Shown: positions 1 through 15,300 of the stretch, piece after piece | Position numbering within the stretch: position 1 is the first letter of the stretch | Layout: every line of letters begins with the position of its first letter | Origin: Spirogloea muscicola | Taxonomy: Eukaryota | Assembly: GCA_009602725.1 (NCBI GenBank) | Contig: WELB01000025.1 | Location: 198,496-258,425 of the forward strand | Reading direction: 5' to 3' | Length of the DNA: 59,930 nucleotides | Program-made: the position numbers and the translations under genes | Notes under the pieces: model-generated | Seen by the model: the letters and a program-made list of their open reading frames with translations, nothing else | The model's database searches: none | Told to the model about the DNA's origin: nothing

Positions 1-11
1 GGGGGTGGGGT

Positions 12-43
12 GGTGTGGGGTGAGGTATACCTCCCCCCACACC
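12..43. repeat. 32-bp near-perfect palindrome
   Basis: GGTGTGGGG-T-GAGGTATACCTC-C-CCCCACACC, one mismatched pair. Confidence 0.85.
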
Positions 44-954
44 TTGGGCCGGTTAACTCTGCTAACCGCGTTTCCTGCCCCAGCGGGGAGAGAGGAGCGG
101 CCCCGAGGCGAGAGGCCCAGACGGTCTTAGGTTTGTGTGCCGGAGGAGGGAGGGCGGCCGGCACGTGAGGGCCTGGCCCCGCGGAGCCGGCCAGGGGGTT
201 ATTCCGGCCGCCAACCCGGTCAGACCCGCGGCGCGGGGGGGGGCTGTGCGCCCGACGATGCGCGTCGCAATTTGGTCGGGCGGGCGGCGCGAGCCGTCGG
301 GCAGATCCGTGGGGACACGGCAGCCGCCGCCGGCCGGAGATCGCGCGGAGGGGGAGAAGATCTACGACCGACACGGGGGTCAATCAGCCGACTCTGTGGA
401 TCCTGCCCTCCGCACCGCGGCGACCCTCGGGCCAGAAGAATCCGCTCCATGCGTGGATCTGTTCTCCCACTCGAGCATTTCTCCGGCACGTGCCGGCCGG
501 GCGTCCCCCTTTCCACGCCGCCCGGCCCTGAACTGCTCACTACCGGCAGGCGGGGGTGCCACCTGGCAATATAGCTCGGCGCACAGCCGTCGATGAGCCA
601 GTCGGACGGCGCCGCGCGGCCTCCCCACGTGCGAGGCCGGTTTCCGCTGTCTCTACCGGGGCGCGCTCAGCTTAGCAGTGAGTTAGCGGGTTGCGAGTCG
701 CTAACTCACGCTGGACGCCGGTCAATAAGCCGACGGTCAGATGCAACTCCTCGGAAACGGACGATTCGGATTGCCGGTATCTCACGCCTGCTTCACTCGG
801 CTGCGCCAATTGGGCCCCCTGAGATCCGCCGTACGGGACCAAGACAGCCAGCCACGGCTGTCGCTTCTGTAAACTGGAACCTCGCAAATGGAACCGCGCT
901 TCCAGCAGTGGCTGTGAGAGGCCAGCCCAAAGAAGGAAGACGCTTCCAGGAGAG

Positions 955-1724
955 AGAAGTGGCACTCCCAATGGGGGCAAGGGCCGTGGAAAGCCAGCCC
1001 GAAAAAGAATTGACAAAAGGGTTCGAAGGGGCCAAATGATGGAGGGGCGGGCCTCAACGGCCGCGACGCAATGTTCGGCATCTTCCAGGAGGCCGGATAC
1101 ACGGTTGCGAAGGAGAATGCGTCTGTCATGCCAATCCTCCAGAGGGCCGACGGACTCCACACGCGCCGCGTCGACCTGGTGGCGTCCACGCCGGGCGGCG
1201 ACGGGCGCATCATTCAATGGCTGATGTGGTCACCACTGATGTGGTCGACCGCTCCAACCCGGGGCTTTCTGCCTCGCGGGCTGGCCACGCTGCGGCGAAG
1301 GCCGCTCGCAGCAAGGCGGCCAAACACGCCGACCACCCGGCTGCAGGTGAGTTCGTCCCCCTGGCTGTGGACGTGCACGGGGCTCTCGGGTCCCAGTGGC
1401 TCCACCTGCTGGCCAGGCTTGCGCGGCGCGCTGTGTCCCGCGGGCGCGGTGAGCCGGCTGACTTCAACGCCACTGGCTCGTGGGCTCAGGTGTACCGTAT
1501 GCGATTGCCCGTCTCCCTTCAGCGGTCCATGGCCCACGCCTTGCATCTGCGTGCTGGCCGTGCTCTCGCTGCGGCCTCCGGCTTTCGTCAGGGGGATAGT
1601 TTTCCGGCAGCTAGTCTGTCGGATTTGAGGCACCTCACTCGTAACTACTGAGTGGTCCATCCTCCCCCGTTCTGACATAGCATCTTCAGGCCCCTTAGTA
1701 GCTGCTTAGCGCTTCTTAGGCCCC
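955..1724. mobile_element. CRE/Zepp-like non-LTR retrotransposon insertion with internal inversion (3' end on - at 955-1048; inverted upstream part on + at 1061-1727)
   Basis: 1061-1651 encodes the RLE domain (RRVDLV...DVVTTD...KAAKH...FVPLAVDVHG...LTRNY*, frameshift near 1215). Flanked by direct repeat TCCAGGAGAG at 945-954 and 1725-1734. Confidence 0.85.
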
Positions 1725-1899
1725 TCCAGGAGAGGGCGGTGGCTGGGAGAGGCCAGCCCATTAAAAAAGAATGGAAAGGAAAGGAAAGGACAAGGTCTAA
1801 AGGGCCGAATGGCGCAAGAAGCAACATACTAAAGCGCTAAGACGTCAGCAAGTAGGCTCTCAGTAACCTCTAGTCAGTAAGTGCAGGTCGCAATAGCTA
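1725..1899 (-). mobile_element. CRE-like 3' fragment that hosts the 955-1724 insertion; continues at ~954-895
   Basis: Encodes ASYCDLHLLTRGY*, then 3' UTR and GGGCTGG-CAGCC hairpin module; its terminal CTCTCCTGGA-AGCGTC resumes at 954. Confidence 0.75.
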
Positions 1900-1939
1900 G
1901 AGGGCGGAAAGACGTCGCAAAGACTCCAGCCCAGGCGTC

Positions 1940-2148
1940 AGCCTCCCTCTTGGCTGCTGCTTCTGGGTCTAGTCCCGGGAGCCTCTTTTCCAGATGCAGG
2001 TTGCTCGGACTTGCTGCTGCTAACCCGGGGTCACTAAGCTGCTGTAGTCTCTTGCATAGCTGTGTGCCTTTGGCACCTTTCGGCCCTCCGGACCTTGTCC
2101 ATTCTTTCTGGGCTGGCTATCTACAGCCCCTGTTTTATGTTGGAAGAG
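1940..2148 (+). mobile_element. Degenerate CRE-like 3' fragment
   Basis: LAAASG...SDLLLLTRGH* remnant followed by GGGCTGGCTATCTACAGCCC hairpin module. Confidence 0.65.
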
Positions 2149-2814
2149 CTGTTTGTTTTGTTTTGGGCTCAATGCAATCCAGGTGCTCGCTTGTGTAAGC
2201 GTGTGGCGTGTGGTCAGTGTGCCCACTGGACCAGTGGGGTCGAGCTTAGTGCTTTGGTACAAGAGTCATTACAGCTGTTCGACCGTGAAACCTGGTCCTG
2301 CCGGACGGGCCAGCTCGTTCCTTCACAATCCCCTCAGCTTCTGCAATCCCGACCAAAAGCGAGTTACATGCATTGCAGGGCTGCATCTCTGCCGACATGA
2401 TAGATAGTGTATGGTACATAATGAAGCTACGTCATGGCACTCTTATGCCAGAGGAAGGTCTCTGTGGACATGTGTACACGCTCTTCACAACAGTATGGAT
2501 CAACACCAACCGCTTGCTGCCTCCAGCTGCACTTTACGCCAGTGTCATCACAGACACAATGGCATGCTTGCTGCTACTAGAACGAGGTTTGTGAGTGTGC
2601 TCGTGCAATTTAAAGTTTGTCAACAAAAGGGCCATGTTAGTAACTTTGAAAAACACGCACGACAGATTTGCAAGCTGATAAAGCTCATTGCTTGGAGCTT
2701 CTTATTATGCAACTGAGTGATTGATTAAGCATGCCGCGCTTCGTCTTGACGCAGGGAAGAGGGAGACTTCCAACACAAAAGCGCAAGTCATTTGGCAAAA
2801 ACTAAAACAGTGGC

Positions 2815-2880
2815 TGCTACTTTGTTCATTTCTTTTTCTGGGCTGGCCTCTCACAGCCACCGCCCTCTCCTGGAAGCGTA
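2815..2880 (+). mobile_element. CRE-like 3' terminal module
   Basis: TTGTTCATTTC..GGGCTGGCCTCTCACAGCCACCGCCCTCTCCTGGAAGCG, matching the ends at 1725-1760 and 55650-55710. Confidence 0.7.
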
Positions 2881-3076
2881 TGTTGTTCTGCTTGATACGA
2901 ATGGCCATACAGTCACCACAAGGTCGTCAGGTCTGAGGGTTTAAGATTGTAATAAGGTTTTTGATTCAGGGCCCTCGGTCCCTTTCGCTCCCGGCATTGC
3001 CCCAGCCGTGGACAACACGAATCCCGAGGCGCGTCTTTCCGCCGCCGCCGCGGGCCCGGCACTCCAGGTCGGCACG

Positions 3077-3084
3077 CCACGTGG
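3077..3084. promoter_or_regulatory. G-box (CCACGTGG) ~90 bp upstream of the NXD1 ATG
   Basis: Exact palindromic G-box in the GC-rich upstream region; function not shown. Confidence 0.35.
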
Positions 3085-3175
3085 GCGCGGGTCTGGATAG
3101 GGATAAACCCCAGACCCTGGCCCGGTCCGCCCGGCTGCCCCGCCGGGCGCGCCGCGGCAGCCGGCTGCGCCGGCC

Positions 3176-5676
3176 ATGACTCGCGGCGGCGGCGGCGACG
3201 ACGGTTATGCGCGAGGCCCGCCGTGGGTCTTCACGGGGAAGTGAGTGGGAACCGTGCCGCAGCTCCGGTAGACCAACTCCCTGGCGACCAGATCCCCCGC
3301 CGCCGCCGTCGCAAGCGGGCCCGCTTGACGCCGACCGCCACGGCGCCGCCGCGAGCCCGCGCGCCGCCAGGGCCATCTACCAGCTGCACCTCGTCCGCGC
3401 CGACGTCGCCCGCCGCTTCGTCCCGCCGGACCTCCGCCTCGTCGAGGCCTTTGGGTGACGCACCCACGCCCGGCTCCCTGGCGCTGCCCCCGCTCGGTGG
3501 GATCGATTCGCACCTCTGCTGCGGGCACGACACGCTGATCGTCTCCCTTGACGCCCACAACAGTTACACGCTGGGCGGCCTCTACCTCGCGCAGTACGAC
3601 TCCAGCCCCGCGGACCGCTTCGACGAGGTGCCAGCCACTCCGTCCCCACCTTGCCGCTGCGCCTCCCTCCGCCTGTGGGCACGAATGGACCCTTGCAGTG
3701 CGCCTTGAGAGCGGACGACGAGGAGTGTCCATTCGTTGCAAGCTGGCACCCTGTGTGATCTTGACGCGGCCAGGCTGCGTGCTCGCCCTTGCCGCGTGCA
3801 GCTCGTGGTGCTGGCAGGCACTGTGTGGAACCCGCCCACATCCTGCGCGTGAGTACGCCCTCTTCCATGCAAACCCCAGCAAGTAGAGTAAAGTTAAGGT
3901 TTACACCTCTGCTTTGCGGCCTTGTAGCATGCCACACATTCCAACTGATAGGCTCAGGGAAATCCATGGGCGCACCCTCTGTCCCTGCTGTGAGTTTGCC
4001 GGCAAACATGAATGAGCTTTTGGCTTCGACTCTCCGTGACCACTGTCTGTGAGATTCTGCAGGTGGGCCGCCCGTGTGCTCGTCAACAGCCGGCCGGCAC
4101 GCGACCATGGCATTATGGTTGATGCTCCCCTGCTGCCTTCTGATCTTGCTAGCTTGCTTGCCTGTCTTCCACCCTAAATTTCTTAGTGCTGCACGTAGGA
4201 TGTCCAAGACAGCCTGAAGTGGCACTTTGCCACCGAAGTCCTGGCATGACTTGTGCATCTTATGTGTCTACCTGGGGTAGCTTCGAGTTGCTACTGATGA
4301 GCGTGTGCGTGCTGTCACAGCATGTGGGCCTCCCCAGCAGCCTGGCCTCCTTCACAAAGGCAGGACAGCTTTCCCCACCCCTCCAGAGAGCTCCTCGTGG
4401 CAAGCACAAGCTTGTATTGCTGATTCAGCAAACCGCTAGAGGAAAGATTATCGGCGTGCACAACTTTGCATCGCTGACCATTCAGCCACTAGAATACTTT
4501 TGCTTGGCTCCAGCCTCACTTATGACTGAGAACCATTTTGCAAATCACCAGACTATAGTGAGGATGCCCAAAGCACCAAGATGGCTGCAGATGCCGCTGC
4601 TAAGGTCATCAGGACATCGTAAGGAGATTACCAGCTCGAAGATTCGAGAGTCTCTAGTTGTTGAGGACACAGAGGGTGCCGACCTGAGGCGCCCGCTCTG
4701 CAGGATCACACTCCCGACAGCAGGTACAAGACGATTTTTTTTTTAGTTGCTTCGCTTGTTTGAGCGCTGTCATTATGCATTCAGCAGGGCTTTTCCGACA
4801 TCTTTGGCCTTGCCCTCCCTGTAGTGTAAACTCTAGGTTTCTGCCTTTGGTTGGACTCTTGCTCTTATGGTGTCGACATTGCACAACTATCAAGGTGAAT
4901 GCACAACCATCAAGGTGAACTCTAACCAGGCGTCTTGTAAAGTAGCGACCTCACCAATGGCGATGTTCTTGCAGACGAGCGAAGCTCATGGTCTGGCCTG
5001 CGGATACGGATGTCACTGCCCAGCTTCAGGTCAACTTGCTCCTCACCTCATGCCTGTCGCATTCACCTCGTCATTTATCAAATATCAACATGTAACTCTG
5101 CTGTGCAGCACACAGAGGCAAATGCACACCCAGCAGTTGACCTCCACCATCATTATCCTCACAACAAGCTGCTCATCTGGTGCTGCAGCGGAAGAACACA
5201 GTCATGCCCTGAGCTGCTCAAGTACTCTTGCAGCCTGCACTGCGGGTGAGTACAGGTGGTGGTTGGCATTTGGGTGCTGTTACTGCACCTTGAGCGGCTG
5301 TGAATATGAATGTGTGCTGCAAATTCCCATTACTAGACAATCTGATGCCTTGACGCCTGCCTTGCTCGGAGATGCTAAATACAGGAAACCCTACTGTGGC
5401 AGAGTCAGGGTTGTGAAGCCGGCTGTTGTGGCGCTCCTTGATGAGGCAGCCCCCCACACCCAAGCTTTCCAATTACGCAGCCCAGAGCTGGCCAGGCCCA
5501 CGAGGGCGGACCTTCAGACCATCTTGCAGGGCAAGCCGGTCTTTACAATCGCGTTCGATCACCTGTACATGGAAGTTGCGGCCCCCCTTGTTACCAAGGC
5601 AAAAGCTACTAGCAGGAGAGAGCATTTGGCAGTTGCCAAGAAGCATCTGGAGGCAGAGCCAGTCCCCGTATCATAG
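3176..5676 (+). CDS. NXD1: NEOXANTHIN-DEFICIENT 1 homolog, multi-exon (~10 exons)
   Basis: Exons 3176-3240, 3371-3454, 3564-3627, 3802-3848 and 4063-4117 joined by GT-AG introns, then an exon from 4321, give MTRGGGGDDGYARGPPWVFTGKAIYQLHLVRADVARRFVPPDLRLVEAFGYTLGGLYLAQYDSSPADRFDELVVLAGTVWNPPTSCAWAARVLVNS...HVGLPS. Later exons give RMSLPSFSG...LLKYSCSLHC...VRVVKPAVV; stop at 5674-5676. Motifs match plant NXD1 as recalled; middle exon borders are approximate. Confidence 0.9.
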
Positions 5677-6268
5677 TCCTGTAGCAGAAGAACGCGACTT
5701 TCAAGACAATGGCAAGAGTCCTCCAACTCACCACAAAGTACGTCAGACTCAGTCTGGCTTTAGCACGGAGACGGCCCACGGAGATCCTGTTGAGATGGAG
5801 TCAGATTACCTCCTCCACTGCATGGTGGCAAGCAATCAGTGTTCACAATCTACTCTGGCTGGCCTGCTTAGTGACTGGATATGTCCATGCAAATTGCATA
5901 CAAAGGTACCAGTTACACGACAGGCAGCTGAGGTAAGGTGCACACGCAACCACAGCGATGCTTCAAGCTACTGTGATGCGAGGGCAACAAGCGCAGGGTA
6001 GATCACAGATCAGATATGCCTACTGCATGTCCGTGTTGCTCACCTCAATGGACCTCAAAGCGACTTGTCGAGCACTCCACTTGCCTCCTTTTGTGTGCGT
6101 GGTGTGCAACTTGAGTAAGAGAGACCCTCTCATTCTATGTGAGTCCCTGTGGCCACTGCCACACAACATTGTATCTGACACCACCAGCTGGTTCCTGCTG
6201 GATTCCAGTATGATGTCAATACAGAATGATGAGCTTATAGCTCAGCACAAGTTGCACATGGGAAGAGG

Positions 6269-12022
<5,754 letters not shown>

Positions 12023-12134
12023 CGCCGCCGCCGCCGCCGCTGCCGCAGCCGCAACGCCGCATGCGAGAGCTCCAGGCGGGGCGGAGCTGACCAGTGGAGG
12101 ACTGTAATTGCAAGAGCCAGGGGCAAAAAGGCCG

Positions 12135-12511
12135 CTAGCGCACGTGTACCGCATGCGCTTGGCAGTCTCGCTGCAGCGGTCTATGGCCCGCGCGCTGCAC
12201 CTGCGTGGAGGCAGAGCCCTCGCTGCTGCCTCTGGCTCTGGCCAGGGGACCCGCTTCCAGGAACCCAGTCTCTCTGACCTGAGGCTGCTCAGCAGGGGTT
12301 ACTGCGTGCTTCGTAGCTGCTTTGTTTCTTCTTGTGCTTGTTTTTCTCAGTGCTTCCCTTGGCCCCTTCTCGTCATTTGTTCAATCTTCTTTGGGCTGTC
12401 TTTATCCAGCCCCTATCCTCAATGGGCGAGCCCTCCTTCTTCTAGCGCTGCCTTGTCATTTTCGGGCTGGCTTTTCACAGCCCTCGCCCCCATTGGGAGA
12501 GCCACTTCTTC
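12135..12511 (+). mobile_element. CRE-like 3' fragment(s); left arm of the inverted repeat
   Basis: LAHVYRMRLAVSLQRSMARALHLRGGRALAAASG...SLSDLRLLSRGY plus two stacked 3' modules. Possible TSD CTAGCGC at 12135-12141 and 12442-12448. Confidence 0.85.
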
Positions 12512-12836
12512 GGAGACCTTGTCATTTTCGGATGAAGTGCTCGCCCATTGAGGATAGGGGCTGGAAAAAGCCAGCGCAGAAAAGAATGAACAAAGGACGA
12601 GAAGGGGCCAGGGGAAGTACGAAGAACAACAAGCACAAAAAAGAGACGAAGCAGCTACGAAGCACTCAGTAACCCCTGCTAAGCAGCCTCAGGTCAGAGA
12701 GACTGGGTTCCTGGAAGCGGGTCCCCTGGCCAGAGCCAGAGGCAGCAGCGAGGGCTCTGCCTCCACGCAGGTGCAGCGCGCGGGCCATAGACCGCTGCAG
12801 CGAGACTGCCAAGCGCATGCGGTACACGTGCGCTAG
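12135..12836. repeat. Inverted repeat: ~296 bp arms (12135-12431 and 12539-12836), ~107 bp spacer
   Basis: 12135-12289 is the exact reverse complement of 12682-12836 (155 bp). The inner arm segments differ at roughly 1 base in 8. Confidence 0.95.
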
Positions 12837-13765
12837 AGACCCTGCTGCATGGGAGTCCACCGGCTCCCCATGGAAGCGGCGGACAATGGCGTGGCGTGAG
12901 AGCTGGTTGAGCAGCGAGCCACCGAGCGCCCAGCGCCCCGTGCGTATCGATGGCGAGCGGGAAGAACTCGTCTTCCCGCGGGTGATCTGCGTATTTCAGC
13001 TCCTTGGCCCGAGCGGCGCAGGCTACTGCATACCCAGCCTTGGTGGCACACTGGGCTGGGTGTGAGCGGTTATATGAGTCGGTGGTCACCACGTCCAGGA
13101 GAAGACTTGGCCCGCCGGCTGGTGGGGTGGCCACAAGGTCGACGCGACGAGCGTGAAGACCGTCGGCCCACTGCTGGAGGGGCATGACGGCGGAGTTCTC
13201 GGCAAGGAGCGAAATATGCTTATCACCCGGTTGGGAATGCATTCGCGGCCCTGGCGATGGATGTACACGGGGTTTTCGGCAGCCGGGGGCTTTCGGCAGC
13301 CGGTGGCTGGATCTCATTCATCTGCTTGCCCGCCAGGCCATTGACCGGCGGCCGGGTCTGCCAGGGGCGATGCCCGGCTTCAACGCCGCCGGTTCGCTTG
13401 CACAAGTCTTCCGCATGCGCCTGGCTGTATCGCTTCAGCGCTCCCTTGCCCACGCCGTCCACACGCGAGCAGGCCGTGCTATGGCCGCCGCCTCTGGGTC
13501 TCGGCGGAGTGCCTTTCCCTGCAACGAGCTACTCAGACCTGATGTTGCTCACTCGTGGGTACTGAGCTTCCCTCTGCATCGTCTATGTGTTCTGCAGTGT
13601 TTTGTAGTGTAGTCCTTTTTCCGGCTCCTCTTTCTTTGGCTTTGGACATTGTCCATTCTTTTTTGGGCTGGCTTTGCCAGCCCCTCTTCTCTATGGGCGC
13701 GCACTTCTCTCGGCTGCCATCGAGAAGCCAGTCTCCACAAGGATGCCATGCATCGCATCCCGGAG
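12534..13765 (-). mobile_element. 5'-truncated CRE-like element, interrupted by a nested copy at 13204-13707
   Basis: LRDAMHGILVETGFSMAAEN (13765-13708) continues as NSAVMPL...RRVDLV...LLDVVTTD...KELKY...FFPLAIDTHG...LLSRGY* on the other side of the nested copy. Confidence 0.88.
13204..13707 (+). mobile_element. 5'-truncated CRE-like element nested in an older copy
   Basis: Degenerate K..KY, MDVHG, FRMRLAVSLQRSLAHAVH and SDLMLLTRGY*, then 3' module. TSD TCTCGGC at 13197-13203 and 13708-13714. Confidence 0.85.
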
Positions 13766-13802
13766 ATGGCTTTCGGGCTGGCTACACTTCACTCCGCCTC
13801 TG

Positions 13803-13960
13803 CTCCCCCGTTCTGACATAGCATCTTCAGGCCCCTTCGTATCTGCTTAGCGCTTTTTAGGCCCCTCCGTCATTTGGCCCCTTCGAACCTGTGTCAATTC
13901 TTTTCGGGCTGGCTTCTCACAGCCCTTGCCTCCATTGGGAGTGGGAGCCCATTCTTTCTT
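13803..13960 (+). mobile_element. CRE-like 3' UTR and terminal module
   Basis: Closely similar to 1661-1727 joined to the reverse complement of 1048-955. Confidence 0.8.
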
Positions 13961-14141
13961 TCTGCTCGGCCACCAGATCAACACGCCTCACCTGCGCACC
14001 CGGAGAGGAAGGCGCGCGCGCGGTGCGCGTTTCGTTTCGTGAGATCAGAGAGAGAAGGCGCGCGGTGTGCATGAATTTGAAAGGGAGGCCAATTCTATCC
14101 TTACAAATGTCCTGTTAACTGGGTAATGAGCTGGCTAAGAG

Positions 14142-15243
14142 CTGCCCACCTTGCCCACTCCCCCGACTCGCAAGCGCAGGCGCGGTACATGGCGGCAGTT
14201 GACAAGGCCTCCTTCACGGCCACGCTGCAGCTCCTCCCTCCCACAGACGTGCGAGGCCATGCTCGGCTGCTGTCGGCCGCCTCCCCTGGCGCGGCAGCCT
14301 GGCTGTCCGCGCTCCCCCTGTACGACGCCCTCAGGATGCCGGACGAACTCTTCCGTACGGCCACCCATCGCCTGTTGGGTCTTCCCCCGCCCTGTCTGCT
14401 TGGCGTGCTGCAGTGTGAGTGTGGGGAGCGGTCGACGGACTCGGCGGAGCTAGCGGCGCATATCCTTCGCTGCGCCACTGGCGGCGAGCGCACAGCCGCT
14501 CACGACCTCCTCCGCGACGGTATGTTCGGCATCTTTCAGGAGGCCGGATACACAGTTGCGATGGAGAATACTTCTGTCATGCCCATCCTCCAGAGGGCCG
14601 ACGGACTCCACACGCGCCGCGTCGACCTGGTGGCGTCCACGACGGGCGGTGGCGGGCGCATCATTGCCGATGTGGTCACCACTGATGTGGTCGACCGCTC
14701 CAACCCGGGGCTTTCTGCCTCGCGGGCTGGCCACGCTGCGGCAAAGGCCGCTCGCAGTAAGGCGGCCAAACACGCCGACCACCCGGCTGCCGACGAGTTC
14801 GTCCCCCTGGCTGTGGACGTGCATGGGGCTCTCGGATCCCACTGGCTCGACCTGTTGGCCAGGCTTGCACGGCGCGCTGTGTCCCGCAGGCGCGGTGAGC
14901 CGGCTGACTTCAACGCCGCTGGCTCGTGGGCTCAGGTGTATCGTATGCGCTTGTCCGTCTCCCTCCAGCGGTCCATGGCCCACGCCTTGCATCTGCGTGC
15001 TGGCCGTGCTCTCGCTGCGGCCTCCGGCTTTCGTCAGGGGGATAGTTTACCGGCAGCTAGTCTGTCGGATGTGAGGCTCCTCACTCGTAACTACTAAGTG
15101 GTCCATCCTCCCCCGTTCTGCCATAGCCTCTTCAGGCCCCGCAGTCGCTGCTTAGCTCGTAGTTTGGCCCCTTCGAACCTTGTCAATTCTTTTCGGGCTG
15201 GCTTCTCACAGCCCTTGCCCCCTTTGGGAGAGCCACTTCTTCT
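14142..15243 (+). mobile_element. 5'-truncated CRE/Zepp-like non-LTR retrotransposon (Zn knuckle plus restriction-like endonuclease; ORF stop-free to 15097)
   Basis: ARLLSAASPGAAAWLSALP...RLLGL...CECG...HILRC...RTAAHD...RRVDLV...ADVV...K..KH...PLAVDVHG is the C-terminal region of CRE-clade ORFs. Candidate TSD TAAGAG at 14136-14141 and 15244-15249. Confidence 0.9.
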
Positions 15244-15249
15244 TAAGAG

Positions 15250-15300
15250 GGACACTAAATATCCCCGAGTGAGCACATGCATATCTGACAAGCTACAATG
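15250..15300 (-). mobile_element. Old CRE-like C-terminal remnant
   Basis: Encodes SLSDMHVLTRGY. Confidence 0.6.

Noticed and set aside
745..770. TCGGAAACGGA resembling SRP RNA helix 8
   Set aside because: The flanking conserved CAGG/AGCAG nucleotides and the Alu domain are absent.
1015..1035. GGTTCGAA in the reversed 3' module as a Pol III B-box or tRNA-derived SINE
   Set aside because: It lacks the B-box 3' CC, an A-box and a cloverleaf, and it is contiguous with the CRE ORF's UTR.
135..1039. Long six-frame ORFs in GC-rich regions (also 34500-35980 and 37030-37500)
   Set aside because: Low-complexity Arg/Pro/Gly/Ala translations in several overlapping frames are typical GC artefacts, with no recognisable motifs.
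13190..13215. Head-to-head CRE junctions (here and at 35419) as evidence of two RNAs priming both sides of one break
   Set aside because: TSDs and resumption of the host sequence show these are ordinary nested insertions.
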